Assembly (NCBI GenBank): GCA_049840735.1
Contig: JASGJN010000013.1
Span: forward strand, 160,001 to 224,000
Direction: 5' to 3'
DNA length: 64,000 nucleotides
From: Anaeromyxobacter sp.
Lineage (GTDB): Bacteria; Myxococcota; Myxococcia; Myxococcales; Anaeromyxobacteraceae
The position numbers were made by a program, and so were the translations under genes. The notes under the pieces are model-generated. The model was not told the DNA's origin. It saw only the letters and a list, made by a program, of their open reading frames with translations, and made no database searches. Below are positions 1-14,929 of this stretch, piece after piece; the first letter of the stretch is position 1; every line of letters starts with the position of its first letter.

Positions 1-1
1 G

Positions 2-670
2 AAGGCCCGGGCGCTGCCGGTGGAGATCATCATCCGCGGCTACATCACCGGCTCGCTCTGGCGCGACTACCAGGCCGGCAAGGCCGGCGCCTACGGCATC
101 ACCTGGCCGGCCGGGCTCAGGAAGGACCAGCGCTTCGAGACGCCGGTCATCACGCCGTCCACCAAGGCCGAGTACGGCAAGCACGACGAGCCCATCAGCG
201 AGGCGGAGATCCTGAAGCAGGGGCTGGTGGCGCCGGACGTCTGGCGCGAGGCCGTGGCCGTCGCGCAGCGGCTGTTCCAGCGCGGGCAGGAGTGGGCCCG
301 CACCCGCGGCCTGATCCTGGTGGACACCAAGTACGAGATGGGGATCGCCGACGGCAAGCTGGTGGTCATCGACGAGATCCACACGCCCGACTCCTCGCGC
401 TACTGGGTGGCCGAGGGGAGCGAGGAGCGGTTCGCGCGCGGCGAGGAGCAGCGGATGCTCGACAAGGAGAACATCCGCCAGTGGCTCATCACCGAGCGCG
501 GGTTCTCCGGCCAGGGCACGCCGCCGCCCATCCCGGACGACGTGCGGGTGATGCTGGCCCGCAAGTACGTGGACCTCTACGAGCAGCTGACCGGCGAGAC
601 CTTCCGCTCGCAGGTGGGCTCGGTGGAGTCCCGCATCGCCGCCAACCTGAAGGCGGCCGGCCTGTACTAG
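2..670 (+). CDS. purC: SAICAR synthetase (5' end outside window)
   Basis: ITPSTKAE, LILVDTKYEMG, IDEIHTPDSSRYW and LDKENIRQWL motifs; frame open from the window start. Confidence 0.95.
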   Translation, partial: KARALPVEIIIRGYITGSLWRDYQAGKAGAYGITWPAGLRKDQRFETPVITPSTKAEYGKHDEPISEAEILKQGLVAPDVWREAVAVAQRLFQRGQEWARTRGLILVDTKYEMGIADGKLVVIDEIHTPDSSRYWVAEGSEERFARGEEQRMLDKENIRQWLITERGFSGQGTPPPIPDDVRVMLARKYVDLYEQLTGETFRSQVGSVESRIAANLKAAGLY

Positions 671-678
671 CGGCGCGC

Positions 679-1494
679 GTGGCCGCCCGGGCGCCCCCAG
701 CCGAGGCTTCCCCGGGCGGCGCGCCGCGCGGGCCAGGGGCCGCGCCGCGGGGGGGCGGCGCAGGGGCGCGCGCGCAGCCGCCGTCCCCGCCGCTGCCGCT
801 GGTGCTGCTGCCCGGGATCGACGGCAGCGGCCGGCTCTACGCGCCGCTGCTGGCCGCCGCGCCGCGGGGGCTGGCGCCGGTCAGCGTCGCCTACCCGGCG
901 GACCGGCCGCTGGGCTACCCGGCGCTGGTCGAGCTGGCCCGGGCGGCGCTGCCGCGCGCCGGCCGCTTCCTCCTGCTGGCGGAGTCCTTCTCCGGCCCGA
1001 TCGCGGTCCGCCTGGCCGCCGAGCGGCCGCCCGGGCTGGCCGGGCTGGTGCTGGCCGCGAGCTTCCTCCACGCGCCGCTCCACCCGCTGCTCCACCCGCT
1101 GCGCGCGCTGGTGGGCGCGCGGCTCTTCGGCCTGCCCATGCCGCCGGCGGTGATCCGCCACTTCATGGCCGGGCCGGACGCGCCGGCACCGCTGGTGGAG
1201 GAGGTGCGGGCCGCGGTGACCGCGGTCCGCCCCGAGGTGCTGGCCCACCGCTCGCTGGAGGCGCTGCGCGAGGACGTCCGGCCGCTGCTGGCCGAGGTGC
1301 AGGCGCCCATCCTCTGGCTCGCGCCGAAGCGCGATCGGCTGCTCCACGCCGGGGCTTCCGCCGAGCTGCAGGCGCTGCGGCCGGACGCCGAGGTGGTCCA
1401 CCTGGACGCGCCGCACATGATCCTGCAGCGCGCCCCGCACGCCTGCCTGGCGGCGATCGAGCGGTTCGCGGCGGCGCTGGAGGCCGGGGGCTGA
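679..1494 (+). CDS. alpha/beta-fold hydrolase
   Basis: LVLLPGIDGSG oxyanion region, AESFSG nucleophile elbow, C-terminal DAPH His; start uncertain (GTG 679 chosen). Confidence 0.8.
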   Translation: MAARAPPAEASPGGAPRGPGAAPRGGGAGARAQPPSPPLPLVLLPGIDGSGRLYAPLLAAAPRGLAPVSVAYPADRPLGYPALVELARAALPRAGRFLLLAESFSGPIAVRLAAERPPGLAGLVLAASFLHAPLHPLLHPLRALVGARLFGLPMPPAVIRHFMAGPDAPAPLVEEVRAAVTAVRPEVLAHRSLEALREDVRPLLAEVQAPILWLAPKRDRLLHAGASAELQALRPDAEVVHLDAPHMILQRAPHACLAAIERFAAALEAGG

Positions 1495-1551
1495 GGAGCG
1501 GCGAGGTTCCGGTTCCGGCCCCGGTTCCAGTCCCAGTCCGGTCCCTCCCCC

Positions 1552-3228
1552 TCAGCGCAGGTCGTACGCGTAGAAGACCCGGAGCACCGTCGCCGCATCC
1601 GTGGCGACCGGCCCGCCCGGATCCTGCGACCAGCGCAGCATCCGGGTGACGTCCACGCCGGCGCCGTGCTCGCGGCCGAGCCGCGCCATCACGTGGGCGG
1701 CCAGGTCGAGCCGCGCCTCCGTCCCCTCCCCCTCGCCCACGCCGTACAGGTAGAAGGGCCGCACGGTCCCGCCGACGCGCCAGTGGCGCGAGAGCAGCTC
1801 GGCCTCGAGCAGCCCCTCGGCGCCCGGGCCGAAGCGGTAGTCGCGCCCGGCGCCGCCCACGCTGGGGATCTGGCCCGCGGCGCCCAGCAGCACGGCGGTG
1901 CCCACGGCGGAGCCCTCCAGCGCCAGCCCGTCCTGGAGCTGCCAGTGCAGCGAGGTGCCCACCGCCAGGCCGCTGCCGGAGGTGCGGAACGGGCCAGGCG
2001 AGTCGATGGAGAAGGTCAGGTAGAGGCCCCACAGCCCGCGCAGGTCCGGGGCCGGCGCCAGCGGCTCGCCGGCGATCAGGCCGCGGATCCGCATGGTGGA
2101 GACCGGATCGGCGGTGAGGCCGTAGGAGGCGTCGAAGACGAAGTGGTCGAAGGGGCCGTCGAGCCGCAGGTCCGGGTCCGCCGGCACGCCGTAGACCACC
2201 TGCAAGCCGCCGAAGGGAACGCCCTTGCCCGGCTCGAGCCACTGGTCCTTGCCCGGGTCCCCGCCCAGCCCGCCCGCCGTGGCCAGCAGGCGCATCGACG
2301 GCAGCGGGCGCGCCGGCCGCGGCCCCACCCAGCCGCGGTTGATGGCGCTCATGGGCGCGAGCACCACCGAGAAGACCCGGCTCCCCAGGTCGCCGCGGGC
2401 CCAGAGGCCGTCGGAGGTGCGGAGCAGCACCTCGCCCAGCGAGATGCCGGCCACGGTGGTGGTGATCTGGTCGTTGATGGCGGGCGGGAGCGTCTCGCCG
2501 CTGTACTCCCAGGCCAGGCTGGAGAAGAACGGGTAGAGCGACGACGTCCAGAAGCCGAGCCCGGCCGAGCGCGCCGCGGTGTAGGACCAGGTCCCCTGGT
2601 ACGGGTGGCCGAACTGGTTCACCCAGAACTGATCGTCGTCGAGCACCCAGGCGCTCTGGAGGTTGGCGCCCACGCTGTCCCAGGTGATCTCGGCCCACTC
2701 GGCCTCGCCGACCCACTTGTTCCACTTCATGATGATGAAGTGGATGGCCACCGACTCGGTGACGGACACGGTCACCGGGTCTCGCCAGAAGGGCGGGCGG
2801 GCCGGGGCCAGCGCGAGCGGCTCGCTCGCGCCCGGGAGCGAGGAGGCCGCCGCGGGCTGCGCCAGCCCCTCGCCCGGCGGCGGCGCCGGCACGGTGGACG
2901 GCGGGCCCGCGGTGGCCTGCACCACCGCGTCCGGGTCGGCGGCGCCGACCGCGGGGACGGGCGCGATGGCATCGACCGCTGCGGCCGCAGGGACCGGCGC
3001 TGCCGCGGGGACGTCAGCGGCTGCAGGAACGGACGCGGTCGCTGGGTCAGGCGCGCCGGCCGGGTCGGCAGCAGGCTGCGGCTGCGGCGCCGCGGCGTCC
3101 CCCGGCTGCGAAGCGGCCGGGCGCTCCCCGGCTGGGGCGGCGGCGGGCAGCACGATCCCCTCGGCAGCGGCGCCGCGCGCGGCCCACGCCAGGAACAGCC
3201 CGAAGACGATCGAATGCGCCCGCTTCAC
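1552..3228 (-). CDS. DUF3943-like exported/outer-membrane protein with Pro/Ala-rich N-terminal linker
   Basis: Signal peptide [38 protein letters not shown]...ARSAG...[14 protein letters not shown] motif; beta-strand-like C-terminus ending YAYDLR. Confidence 0.7.
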   Translation of the reverse strand: MKRAHSIVFGLFLAWAARGAAAEGIVLPAAAPAGERPAASQPGDAAAPQPQPAADPAGAPDPATASVPAAADVPAAAPVPAAAAVDAIAPVPAVGAADPDAVVQATAGPPSTVPAPPPGEGLAQPAAASSLPGASEPLALAPARPPFWRDPVTVSVTESVAIHFIIMKWNKWVGEAEWAEITWDSVGANLQSAWVLDDDQFWVNQFGHPYQGTWSYTAARSAGLGFWTSSLYPFFSSLAWEYSGETLPPAINDQITTTVAGISLGEVLLRTSDGLWARGDLGSRVFSVVLAPMSAINRGWVGPRPARPLPSMRLLATAGGLGGDPGKDQWLEPGKGVPFGGLQVVYGVPADPDLRLDGPFDHFVFDASYGLTADPVSTMRIRGLIAGEPLAPAPDLRGLWGLYLTFSIDSPGPFRTSGSGLAVGTSLHWQLQDGLALEGSAVGTAVLLGAAGQIPSVGGAGRDYRFGPGAEGLLEAELLSRHWRVGGTVRPFYLYGVGEGEGTEARLDLAAHVMARLGREHGAGVDVTRMLRWSQDPGGPVATDAATVLRVFYAYDLR

Positions 3229-3421
3229 GAAAAGACCAACCTGCCCGGCTCTCCCTCGCCGCCGAGTATACGCCGAGAGCGGAGGGCGCATTCCCCCTCG
3301 CCCGCGTGACGCGGGGACGGGGCACGCGCGGCAGCCTGCCGCGCTGCAGGGCGCCCGAGGGCCCGCGCCGCGCCCGGCGCGAGCGCCGCGTCCCCCCGGC
3401 GCCCCGCCTTCACGCTGCGTC

Positions 3422-4741
3422 TCAGCCCTGGCCGAACACGCGCGCGAAGATCGTGTCCACGTGCTTCAGGTGGTACTCGAGCGCGAAGCAGGCGTCGATC
3501 TCCGCCTCGCCCAGCACGCGGCGCACGTCGGCGTCGCCCTTGAGCGCGGTGCGGAAGTCGACCTTGTCCTCCCAGACCTTCATGGCGTTGCGCTGGACGA
3601 AGACGTAGCCCTGCTGCCGCGCCACGCCCTTCTCCACCAGCGCCAGCAGCACCCGCTGCGCCTCGTAGAGGCCGCCGGTGAGGTCGAGGTTCTCCTGCAT
3701 GCGCTCCGGGTAGACGCGCAGGTTGTCGATCATGTTCGCGAAGCGGTGCAGCGCGAAGTCGAGCGCGATGGTGGCGTCCGGGCCGATCACGCGCTCCACC
3801 GAGGAGTGCGAGATGTCCCGCTCGTGCCAGAGCGCCACGTCCTCCAGGGCCGCCAGCGCGTAGCCGCGCAGCAGGCGGGCCAGGCCGGTCAGGTTCTCGG
3901 AGAGGATGGGGTTGCGCTTGTGCGGCATGGCCGACGAGCCCTTCTGCCCGGCGGTGAACGGCTCCTCCGCCTCGCGCACCTCGGTCCGCTGCAGGTGGCG
4001 CACCTCGGTGGCCTGCTGCTCCAGCACCGCGCCGCAGAGGGCCAGCGCGGAGAAGAACTCGGCGTGCCGGTCGCGGTTCACCACCTGGGTGGCCGCCGGC
4101 TCGGCGCCGCCCAGCCCCAGCTTCTGCATCACGAAGGCCTCGACGCGCGGGTCCACGTTCGCGAACGTGCCCACGGCGCCGGAGATCTTGCCCACCGCCA
4201 CGCCGTGCGACGCGGCCACCAGGGCGTCGCGGCGCCGGATCCAGGCGGCGTACCAGCCCGCCAGCTTGAGGCCGAAGGTGACCGGCTCGGCGTGGATGCC
4301 GTGGCTGCGCCCCATCATCGGGGTGCGGCGGTGCTCGAAGGCCCGCTTGCGCACCGCCGCCATCACCCTGTCCAGGCCGGACAGGATCAGGCCGGCCGCG
4401 TCACGCAGCTGGACCGCCAGGCAGGTGTCGAGCACGTCGGAGGAGGTCATCCCCTTGTGCAGGTGGCGCGCAGCCGGGCCGCCCTTCTCCTCCACGAAGG
4501 TGAGGAAGGCGATCACGTCGTGCTTGACCGTCTTCTCGATCTCCTCGATGCGGGCCACGTCGGCGGCGGTGAAGGCGTAGCCGTCGAAGGCCTTCCTCAG
4601 CGCCGCCAGGTCCTCGGCCGGCACGTCGCCGAGCTGGACCATGGCCTCGCAGGCGAAGAGCTCGATGTCGAGCCAGATGCGGTAGCGGTGCTCCGACGTC
4701 CACAGCTGGCCCATCTCGGGCCGGGTGTAGCGGGGGATCAT
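3422..4741 (-). CDS. purB: adenylosuccinate lyase
   Basis: [10 protein letters not shown] start, [27 protein letters not shown] signature. Confidence 0.97.
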   Translation of the reverse strand: MIPRYTRPEMGQLWTSEHRYRIWLDIELFACEAMVQLGDVPAEDLAALRKAFDGYAFTAADVARIEEIEKTVKHDVIAFLTFVEEKGGPAARHLHKGMTSSDVLDTCLAVQLRDAAGLILSGLDRVMAAVRKRAFEHRRTPMMGRSHGIHAEPVTFGLKLAGWYAAWIRRRDALVAASHGVAVGKISGAVGTFANVDPRVEAFVMQKLGLGGAEPAATQVVNRDRHAEFFSALALCGAVLEQQATEVRHLQRTEVREAEEPFTAGQKGSSAMPHKRNPILSENLTGLARLLRGYALAALEDVALWHERDISHSSVERVIGPDATIALDFALHRFANMIDNLRVYPERMQENLDLTGGLYEAQRVLLALVEKGVARQQGYVFVQRNAMKVWEDKVDFRTALKGDADVRRVLGEAEIDACFALEYHLKHVDTIFARVFGQG

Positions 4742-4778
4742 GTCTGGCCTCCTGCCGGCGCGCGCGCCGGGGAAATGA

Positions 4779-5225
4779 CTAGCTGTGTCCGGTGGAGCCG
4801 AACCCGCCGCCGCCGCGGGCGGTCTCGCCCAGGGCCTCGGCCAGCTCCAGCGTGGCCTGGACCACCGGCGCGATCACCAGCTGCGCGATGCGGTCGCCGC
4901 GGGCGAAGGTGACCGGCGCCTGCCCGTGGTTCACGAGCAGCACGCCCACCTCGCCCCGGTAGTCGGCGTCGATGGTGCCGGGGGCGTTGACCATGCCCAC
5001 CCCGTGGCGCGCGGCCAGCCCGGAGCGCGGGCGCACCTGCCCCTCGTGGCCGGGCGGGATCTCCAGCGCCAGGCCGGTCGGGACCAGGCGGCGCTCGCCC
5101 GGCGCCAGCGTGAACGGCTCGTCGGCGCGCAGGTCCAGGCCGGCGGCGTGCGCCGTCTCGTAGCGGGGGAGCTCCAGCGGCTCGCCGCGGCTCCCCACGC
5201 GGCGGACTCGGACGGTGACGGGCAT
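4779..5225 (-). CDS. dut: dUTP diphosphatase
   Basis: [44 protein letters not shown] motifs. Confidence 0.97.
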   Translation of the reverse strand: MPVTVRVRRVGSRGEPLELPRYETAHAAGLDLRADEPFTLAPGERRLVPTGLALEIPPGHEGQVRPRSGLAARHGVGMVNAPGTIDADYRGEVGVLLVNHGQAPVTFARGDRIAQLVIAPVVQATLELAEALGETARGGGGFGSTGHS

Positions 5226-5242
5226 GCTCTGATCTTCCGGAC

Positions 5243-5294
5243 GCCCTGAGCGTAGGACCGGGGCGCCTGGCGCCCCGGTCCGGAGTCGAAGGGC
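5243..5294. repeat. structured REP-like repeat, copy 1 (GCCCTGAGCGTA-hairpin-GGAGTCGAAGGGC)
   Basis: Shared flanks with copies at 10033, 53124 and 53740; apical stem GGACCGGGGCGC/GCGCCCCGGTCC. Confidence 0.85.
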
Positions 5295-5329
5295 AGGGGC
5301 CCAGAGGCCCCGCCACTCACGCCATTGAC

Positions 5330-7500
<2,171 letters not shown>

Positions 7501-7580
7501 GTGCACCTTCCGGGACCGGACGGCGCGCCTGGCGCGCCGAGGCCCCTCAGGCCCGCGCGACCGGCGGCGGAGGCGGCGCT

Positions 7581-7658
7581 GAAGGTGCTTCTGTTCCTGA
7601 TTCCAACGGCGCTCGGGAGCTGCGGAGCGCCGGCCGAATCGGAAACGGAAGCGCCTTC
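7581..7658 (-). promoter_or_regulatory. long imperfect hairpin in the rpsO-pnp intergenic region (probable RNase III processing stem)
   Basis: GAAGGTGCTTCTGTTCCTGATTC..CGGCGCTC pairs with GAGCGCCG..GAATCGGAAACGGAAGCGCCTTC (~30 bp); same position as the pnp-leader RNase III stem of other bacteria. Confidence 0.6.
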
Positions 7659-7768
7659 CCCCGTCTCTCGCGCGACCCGGCCTGCGGGCGCGTTCACTGC
7701 AGCGCCTCCGAACCCCGGAAGCGCGAGCGCCCCGGCCGCGAGCGGCCGAGGCGCCGTTCCCGGCTCCG

Positions 7769-8038
7769 CTACTTGCGGATGCCGAGCTGATCGATGAGCG
7801 TCTTGTAGCGGGCGCCGTCGATCGTCTTCAGGTAGTCGAGCAGCCGGCGCCGCTGGCCGACCATCTTGAGGAGGCCGCGGCGGCTGTGGTGGTCCTTCTT
7901 GTGCGTCTTGAAGTGCTCGGTGAGGTAGGTGATCCGCTCGCTGAGGAGGGCCACCTGGACCTCGGGAGACCCGGTGTCCTTCTCGTGCCGCTTGTACTTC
8001 GCGACCAGCTCGGTCTTCTTGTCCTGCTCGAGCGCCAT
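7769..8038 (-). CDS. rpsO: 30S ribosomal protein S15
   Basis: [37 protein letters not shown]. Confidence 0.99.
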   Translation of the reverse strand: MALEQDKKTELVAKYKRHEKDTGSPEVQVALLSERITYLTEHFKTHKKDHHSRRGLLKMVGQRRRLLDYLKTIDGARYKTLIDQLGIRK

Positions 8039-8147
8039 AGGAGCTTCCTTTCGTTCTGGGAGGTCCCCGCCGCTGGGGCGAAGGCGCGCGCCGCGAGCCG
8101 CAGGGCCTCTCGTGAATGCGGGGTCTTAAGCCATCGCGCGGGGCGAG

Positions 8148-9092
8148 TCAACCGTCCTGGCCGGCGGGGGATGGGGCCCCCGATAGCACCTCGCCCGGGG
8201 TGAGCAGCACCCGGACGGGCCTGAGGCGGTCGCCGGTCGCATCGCACACCGCCACCAGCCGTCCGCGCGCGTCCAGCGCACGGGTGAGACCGTGGAGCCC
8301 CTCGGGACAGGGCGCGGCGCGCCCCTGGACCAGCCCCAGCGCCTCGCGCTCGGTGAGCTGCGCCGCCGGCAGGAACCCCAGCGCCTCGGCCAGCGGGACG
8401 AGCCGCCCCTCCAGCGCGGCCGGCCCCCCCTCGGCGGCCAGCCGCTCGGCCTCCTCCAGCGGCACCGCCTGCGCCAGCGTGAAGCCGCTGGCCATGGTGC
8501 GGCGCAGCGCGGCCAGGTGTGCCGGCACGCCCAGCGCGCGCCCCAGGTCGGCCGCCAGCGTCCTCACGTAGGTGCCCTTGCCGCAGCGCACCGCCAGGCG
8601 GACCTGCAGCCGGCCGGGCGAAGCCGGCCCGAAGGCGAGCAGCTCCACGGCGTGGACCACCACCTGGCGCGGCGTCCGCTCCACCTGCTCGCCGGCCCGG
8701 GCCGCCTCGTGCAGCCGGCGGCCGCCGACCCGCACGGCCGAGTACATGGGCGGCACCTGCGCCAGGGTCCCCACGAAGCGAGGGAGCGCCGCCGCCACCG
8801 CCGCCTGGTCCAGGCCGGCGGGATCGCCCTCCTCGATCACCCGCCCCTCGGCGTCCTCGGTGTCGGTTGCCGCGCCGAACGCGACCGTGGCCTCGTAGGC
8901 CTTGTCGCCGTCGGAGAGGTACTGCTGCAGCCGGACCGCGCCCCCCACGCAGACCGCGAGCACGCCGGTGGCCGCCGGGTCGAGCGTGCCGGCGTGGCCC
9001 GCCTTCTCCGCGCGCAGCGCGCGGCGCACCCGCGCCACCACCTCGTGCGAGGTGGGGCCGGCCGGCTTGTCGATGACCAGGACGCCGGCCAC
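8148..9092 (-). CDS. truB: tRNA pseudouridine(55) synthase
   Basis: IDKPAGPTSH, GHAGTLDP, QVPPMYSAV, CGKGTYVRTL. Confidence 0.96.
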   Translation of the reverse strand: MAGVLVIDKPAGPTSHEVVARVRRALRAEKAGHAGTLDPAATGVLAVCVGGAVRLQQYLSDGDKAYEATVAFGAATDTEDAEGRVIEEGDPAGLDQAAVAAALPRFVGTLAQVPPMYSAVRVGGRRLHEAARAGEQVERTPRQVVVHAVELLAFGPASPGRLQVRLAVRCGKGTYVRTLAADLGRALGVPAHLAALRRTMASGFTLAQAVPLEEAERLAAEGGPAALEGRLVPLAEALGFLPAAQLTEREALGLVQGRAAPCPEGLHGLTRALDARGRLVAVCDATGDRLRPVRVLLTPGEVLSGAPSPAGQDG

Positions 9093-9097
9093 GCCGC

Positions 9098-9523
9098 TCA
9101 GGGCCCGGACTCCGGCTCGCCCTCGCCGGCCTTGGCCGGCGGCGCCTCGGCGCCGGCCGCGGCGGAGGCGGCGTCCATCGCCTTGGCCTCCTTGAGCAGC
9201 CGCTCGATCCGGTCGCCGCGCTCGATCGACTCGTCGTAGACCAGCCGCAGGTGCGGCGTGTGGCGCAGCTTGAGGGCGCGGGCCACCTCCGCCTGGAGAT
9301 ACGTCGCCGCGGCGCGGAGCCCCTCCAGCGTCTGGGTCCGCACCTTCTCGTCGCCGTGGATGGACAGGTAGACCGTGATCTCCTTGAGGTCGGGGGCCAT
9401 CTTGGCCCCGGTCACGGTGACGAACCCGGTGATGCGCGGGTCCTTGAGGCCGCGGGCGATCCGGGCCGAGAGCTCCTGGCGGAACTCCTCGGCGACGCGC
9501 GCGGGGCGGTTGTGCGTGGCCAT
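9098..9523 (-). CDS. rbfA: ribosome-binding factor A
   Basis: RVAEE, LKDPRI, LRHTPHLRLVYDESIERGDRI; between infB and truB. Confidence 0.95.
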   Translation of the reverse strand: MATHNRPARVAEEFRQELSARIARGLKDPRITGFVTVTGAKMAPDLKEITVYLSIHGDEKVRTQTLEGLRAAATYLQAEVARALKLRHTPHLRLVYDESIERGDRIERLLKEAKAMDAASAAAGAEAPPAKAGEGEPESGP

Positions 9524-9528
9524 CTGGT

Positions 9529-9975
9529 CTACCCTTCCTCGTCCTCGCCGCCCTCGCGCGGCCGGGGCCGCGGGCGGGGGAACCGCGGCGCCGGGGCCGG
9601 GGGCTCCTCGTCGCCGGCCTCCCAGGCCGGCGCGCCCTCCGCCTCGGCCAGGGTCCGCATGGAGCCCTCGCCGACGCCGTCGCCGTAGGGGACGATCTCG
9701 ATGTCTCGCGCGGTGACCAGCAGCTGGCCCCCGTGCATGCTGCCGATGAAGTCGGCGACCTTGTCGAGCTGCTCGTTCACGAAGCCGTGGTCGTTGCCGA
9801 CCGCCGCCACGCCCAGCACGCTCCGCTGCCAGAGGTCGTTCTCGGCCACCTCGCTGATGGCCACGTTGAAGCGGGCCCGCACCCGGTCGATGGCCGAGCG
9901 CACCAGGTGGCGCTTGGACTTGAGCGACCCGGGCTCGGGCAGGTGCAGGGTGAGTCTCAGGACGCCTACGAACAT
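9529..9975 (-). CDS. DUF503 (YlxP-like) protein with C-terminal extension
   Basis: MFVGVLRLTL...SLKSKR...RFNVAISEV...DLWQRS; usual infB-rbfA position. Confidence 0.9.
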   Translation of the reverse strand: MFVGVLRLTLHLPEPGSLKSKRHLVRSAIDRVRARFNVAISEVAENDLWQRSVLGVAAVGNDHGFVNEQLDKVADFIGSMHGGQLLVTARDIEIVPYGDGVGEGSMRTLAEAEGAPAWEAGDEEPPAPAPRFPRPRPRPREGGEDEEG

Positions 9976-10032
9976 TTGTTACGGGGACTGCGTCCCCGCC
10001 CCTCCTGCGCCGGGGACCCGGGCAGAACGCGG

Positions 10033-10081
10033 CCGTTCGCCCTGAGCGTAGCGGCGCGCAGCGCCGCGGAGTCGAAGGGCG
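10033..10081. repeat. structured REP-like repeat, copy 2
   Basis: CCGTTCGCCCTGAGCGTA-GCGGCGC gca GCGCCGC-GGAGTCGAAGGGCG. Confidence 0.85.
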
Positions 10082-10142
10082 CCCCCTCCCCCGGCCACAT
10101 GCCGGGGCCCCCACCCCGGCTTTGCGCCTGCCCGGTCCATCC

Positions 10143-12968
10143 CTAGTCCAGCGACGGCCGGATCTCCTCCAGCTCGAACACCTCGAGCACGTCGCCGGCC
10201 TTCACGTCGGTGTAGCCGTCGATCCCGATGCCGCACTCCAGGCCGGCCGCCACCTCGCGGACGTCGTCCTTGAGTCGCTTGAGCGAGCTGATCTTGCCGG
10301 AGTGGACCACCTTCCGGTCGCGCAGCACGCGGGCCAGGCTGGCGCGCTTGATGACGCCGTCGGTGACCGCCGAGCCGGCGATGGCGCCGATCTTCGGGAT
10401 GTTGAAGAGCTGGCGGACCTCGGCCTTGCCCAGCGGCTTCTCCCGGATGATCGGGTCGAGCAGGCTGACCATCTCCTCGCGGACCGTGTCCACCGCCTCG
10501 TAGATGATTCGAGAAGAGCAGGATCTTCACGCCCTGCTGGCTGGCGATCTGCTCGACCTTCGTCTCCGGCTTGGTGTTGAAGCCCACGATGACGCCCTTG
10601 CCGGCCGCGGCCGTGAGGACGTCGGACTCGGTGATGGCGCCCACGCCGGAGTCGAGGATCTTGACCCCGACCTTCTTGGTGGCGGCCTTCTGCAGCGCCT
10701 GCGTGACGGCCTCGGAAGAGCCCTGCACGTCGGCCTTCACCACCACGTTGAGCACCTTGGCGCCGGAGGTCTTGGCCTTGGCGAACAGGTCCTCGAGGGT
10801 GGCCTTCTTGACCGAGGAGAGCTCCTTGGTCCGGGCCTTCTCGGCGCGGTGCTCGGCGACCTCCTTGGCCGACTTCTCGTCCTCGACGACGTTGAACTCG
10901 TCGCCGGCCGTGGGGACGCCGGAGAGGCCCAGCACCTCGACCGGATAGCCGGGCGGGACCTCCTTCACCTGCTCGCCGCGCTCGTTCATCATGGCGCGGA
11001 CGCGGCCGTGGTGCGTGCCGGTGACCAGCGCGTCGCCGACGCGGAGGGTGCCCTCCTCGACCAGGACGGTGGCGACGGCGCCGCGGCCCTTCTCCAGCTT
11101 GGCCTCGATGACGTGGCCGTAGGCCAGCGCCTCGGGGTTGGACTTGAGCTCGAGCACCTCGGACTGCAGGGCGATGTACTCCAGCAGCTCCTTCACGCCC
11201 TGCTTGGTGCGGGCCGACACGGGCAGCATGATGGTGGTGCCGCCCCACTGCTCGGCCACCAGCTCGTACTCGGTGAGCTGCTGCATCACGCGCTCGGGCG
11301 CGGCGTCCGGCTTGTCGATTCTTGTTGATGGCGACGAGGATGGTCACCCCGGCCGCCTTGGCCTGCTTGATCGACTCGATGGTCTGGGGCATCACGCCGT
11401 CGTCCGCCGCCACCACCAGCACCACCAGGTCGGTCACCTGGGCGCCGCGCTGGCGCATCGCGGTGAAGGCCTCGTGGCCGGGGGTGTCGAGGAAGGTGAT
11501 GGGGCCCTGCGGCGTCTGCACCGAGTAGGCGCCGATGTGCTGGGTGATGCCGCCGGCCTCGCCCGCGGCCACGTCGGCCTGGCGGATGGCGTCGAGCAGC
11601 GAGGTCTTGCCGTGGTCGACGTGACCCATCACGGTCACGACCGGCGGCCGGATGACGAGCTTGGACTCGTCCACCTCGACCTCGGGGATGAACTCCTCGA
11701 CCTCGAAGCCCTTCTTCTCGACGGTGTAGCCGTTCTCGACGGCCAGCAGCGCGGCCGTGTCGGCGTCGATCTGGGCGTTGATGGTGACCATCTTCCCGCC
11801 CTGCATCAGCTTGCGGAGGAGGTCGGCCGCCTTGACGCCCATGGCCTGCGAGAGCTCCGAGACCGAGATGGACTCCTCGATCCGGATGACCTTCTTGTGC
11901 TCGGCGCGCTCGGTGATTCTGGGTCTTCGCACCCTTCTTCGTAGGCTTCTTCTTCTTTCCGCGAACCGGGACGTAGGACCGGTCGCTGATGGCGGCCTGG
12001 AGCAGCTCCTTGCCGCTGAGGTTCTTCGCGGCCTCTTCCGAGACCGGGCGGCCGGCCCCGCGGCCGCGCTTGTTCTTGTCGCGCGAGACGTCGATGAACT
12101 CGCGCTCGCGACCCAGCGAGCCCGGGACGACCTTCAGCTCACGGATGTCGCCCAGCGCCCGGGGCCCGGGGGCCGCGGGGAAGGACTGCCGCGAGCTGGT
12201 GGGCGGCGTGACGCGGCGGACCGGCACCAGGGGCCGAGAGATGACCACGGCCTGGGTGGAGGTCGGGCGCAGGGTGCGCGGATCGACCGGCGGCTGGCCC
12301 GGCGCGCCCGCGTGGGCAGCGTTGGGCGCGGTGGGCCGCGTGTGGGTGGTGGAGACGGACGGGCCGTGGCCGTGCGTTGCGGGCGCGTGGGCGGCGGGCG
12401 CGTGCGCGGCCGGCGCGTGCGCGGCCGGCGCCGGGGCGGCGGGCGCGTGGGCAGGGGCCTGCACCGCGGCGACCGGCGCGGGCGCCGCGACGGCCGCGGG
12501 GGCCGGCGCCTGGACCTGCGCGGCCACGGCGGGCGCGGCGGCCTCGGCGGCGAGCGCCGGGGCCTCCGGCGCAGGGGCGGCCGGCTCGGCGACGGCAGGC
12601 TCGGCCGGCTCGACGGGCGGCGCGGCCTCGACCTCGGGCTCCGGCTCGTACTCGGCGACCGGCGCCTCGACGACAGGCGCGGCGACCTCGTGCGCGGCCG
12701 GCGCGGCGTGGACCGGGCCGTCGGTGTGGGCCTTGCGACGCACCACGAAGCCAGGGCCGGTGGGACGGACGGGCGCCGGCTTCGGCTTCCGCTCACCCAT
12801 GATCTTCTCGAACGCCGACGCGGCCTGGTCGTCCTCGAGGGAGGACGAGTGGCTCTTCACCTCGTGGAACCCGAGGGCGTGGAGCTTCTCGACCAGCTCC
12901 TGATTGGAGAGCTCGATGCCGTTCTCCTTCAGCTGCTTGCCGAGCTCGTGGACCCGCTTCTTCGTCAT
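10143..12968 (-). CDS. infB: translation initiation factor IF-2 (three apparent frameshifts, ~10507, ~11318, ~11916)
   Basis: [10 protein letters not shown]-terminus, [22 protein letters not shown] split by GATTC, KADVQGS, C-terminal [17 protein letters not shown]. Confidence 0.97.
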
Positions 12969-12979
12969 TGCGTGGACTC

Positions 12980-13257
12980 CTAATCCTTACGGGCATTTCC
13001 CGTCAACCCGTCCCGGAGCGAGGCTGCGTCCACCTGGACGCCCTCCGCCCGGAGGGCGCGCCCGAAGGCGCGGCGCCGGACGGCCCGGTCGAGGCACGCC
13101 GGAGCCGGGTGAAGCCAGGCCCCTCGCCCGCCCCGCCCGCCTGCGCCGACGACCACCCGCGCGTCCTGCGCCACGAAGCGCACCAGCGCAGGCTGCTCGG
13201 CCTTCTGGCCGCAGCCCACGCAGGTGCGCACGGGGCGCCGGTGGCGGGTGACGTTGC

Positions 13258-13261
<4 letters not shown>
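12980..13261 (-). CDS. ylxR: YlxR/DUF448 family RNA-binding protein
   Basis: PVRTCVGC...LVRF...GRGAWL...C...[11 protein letters not shown] start overlaps the nusA stop. Confidence 0.88.
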
Positions 13262-14927
<1,666 letters not shown>

Positions 14928-14929
14928 GG

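Noticed and set aside
1506..1546. Hexamer-like run GGTTCC/GGCCCC/AGTCCC between convergent genes
   Set aside because: Short degenerate simple repeat without spacers; not CRISPR and no supportable function
8040..8145. S15 autoregulatory leader upstream of rpsO
   Set aside because: Expected by position, but I could not identify a convincing structure
12380..12720. Ala/Pro/His repeats in the IF-2 N-terminus
   Set aside because: Variable low-complexity IF-2 linker, common in GC-rich bacteria
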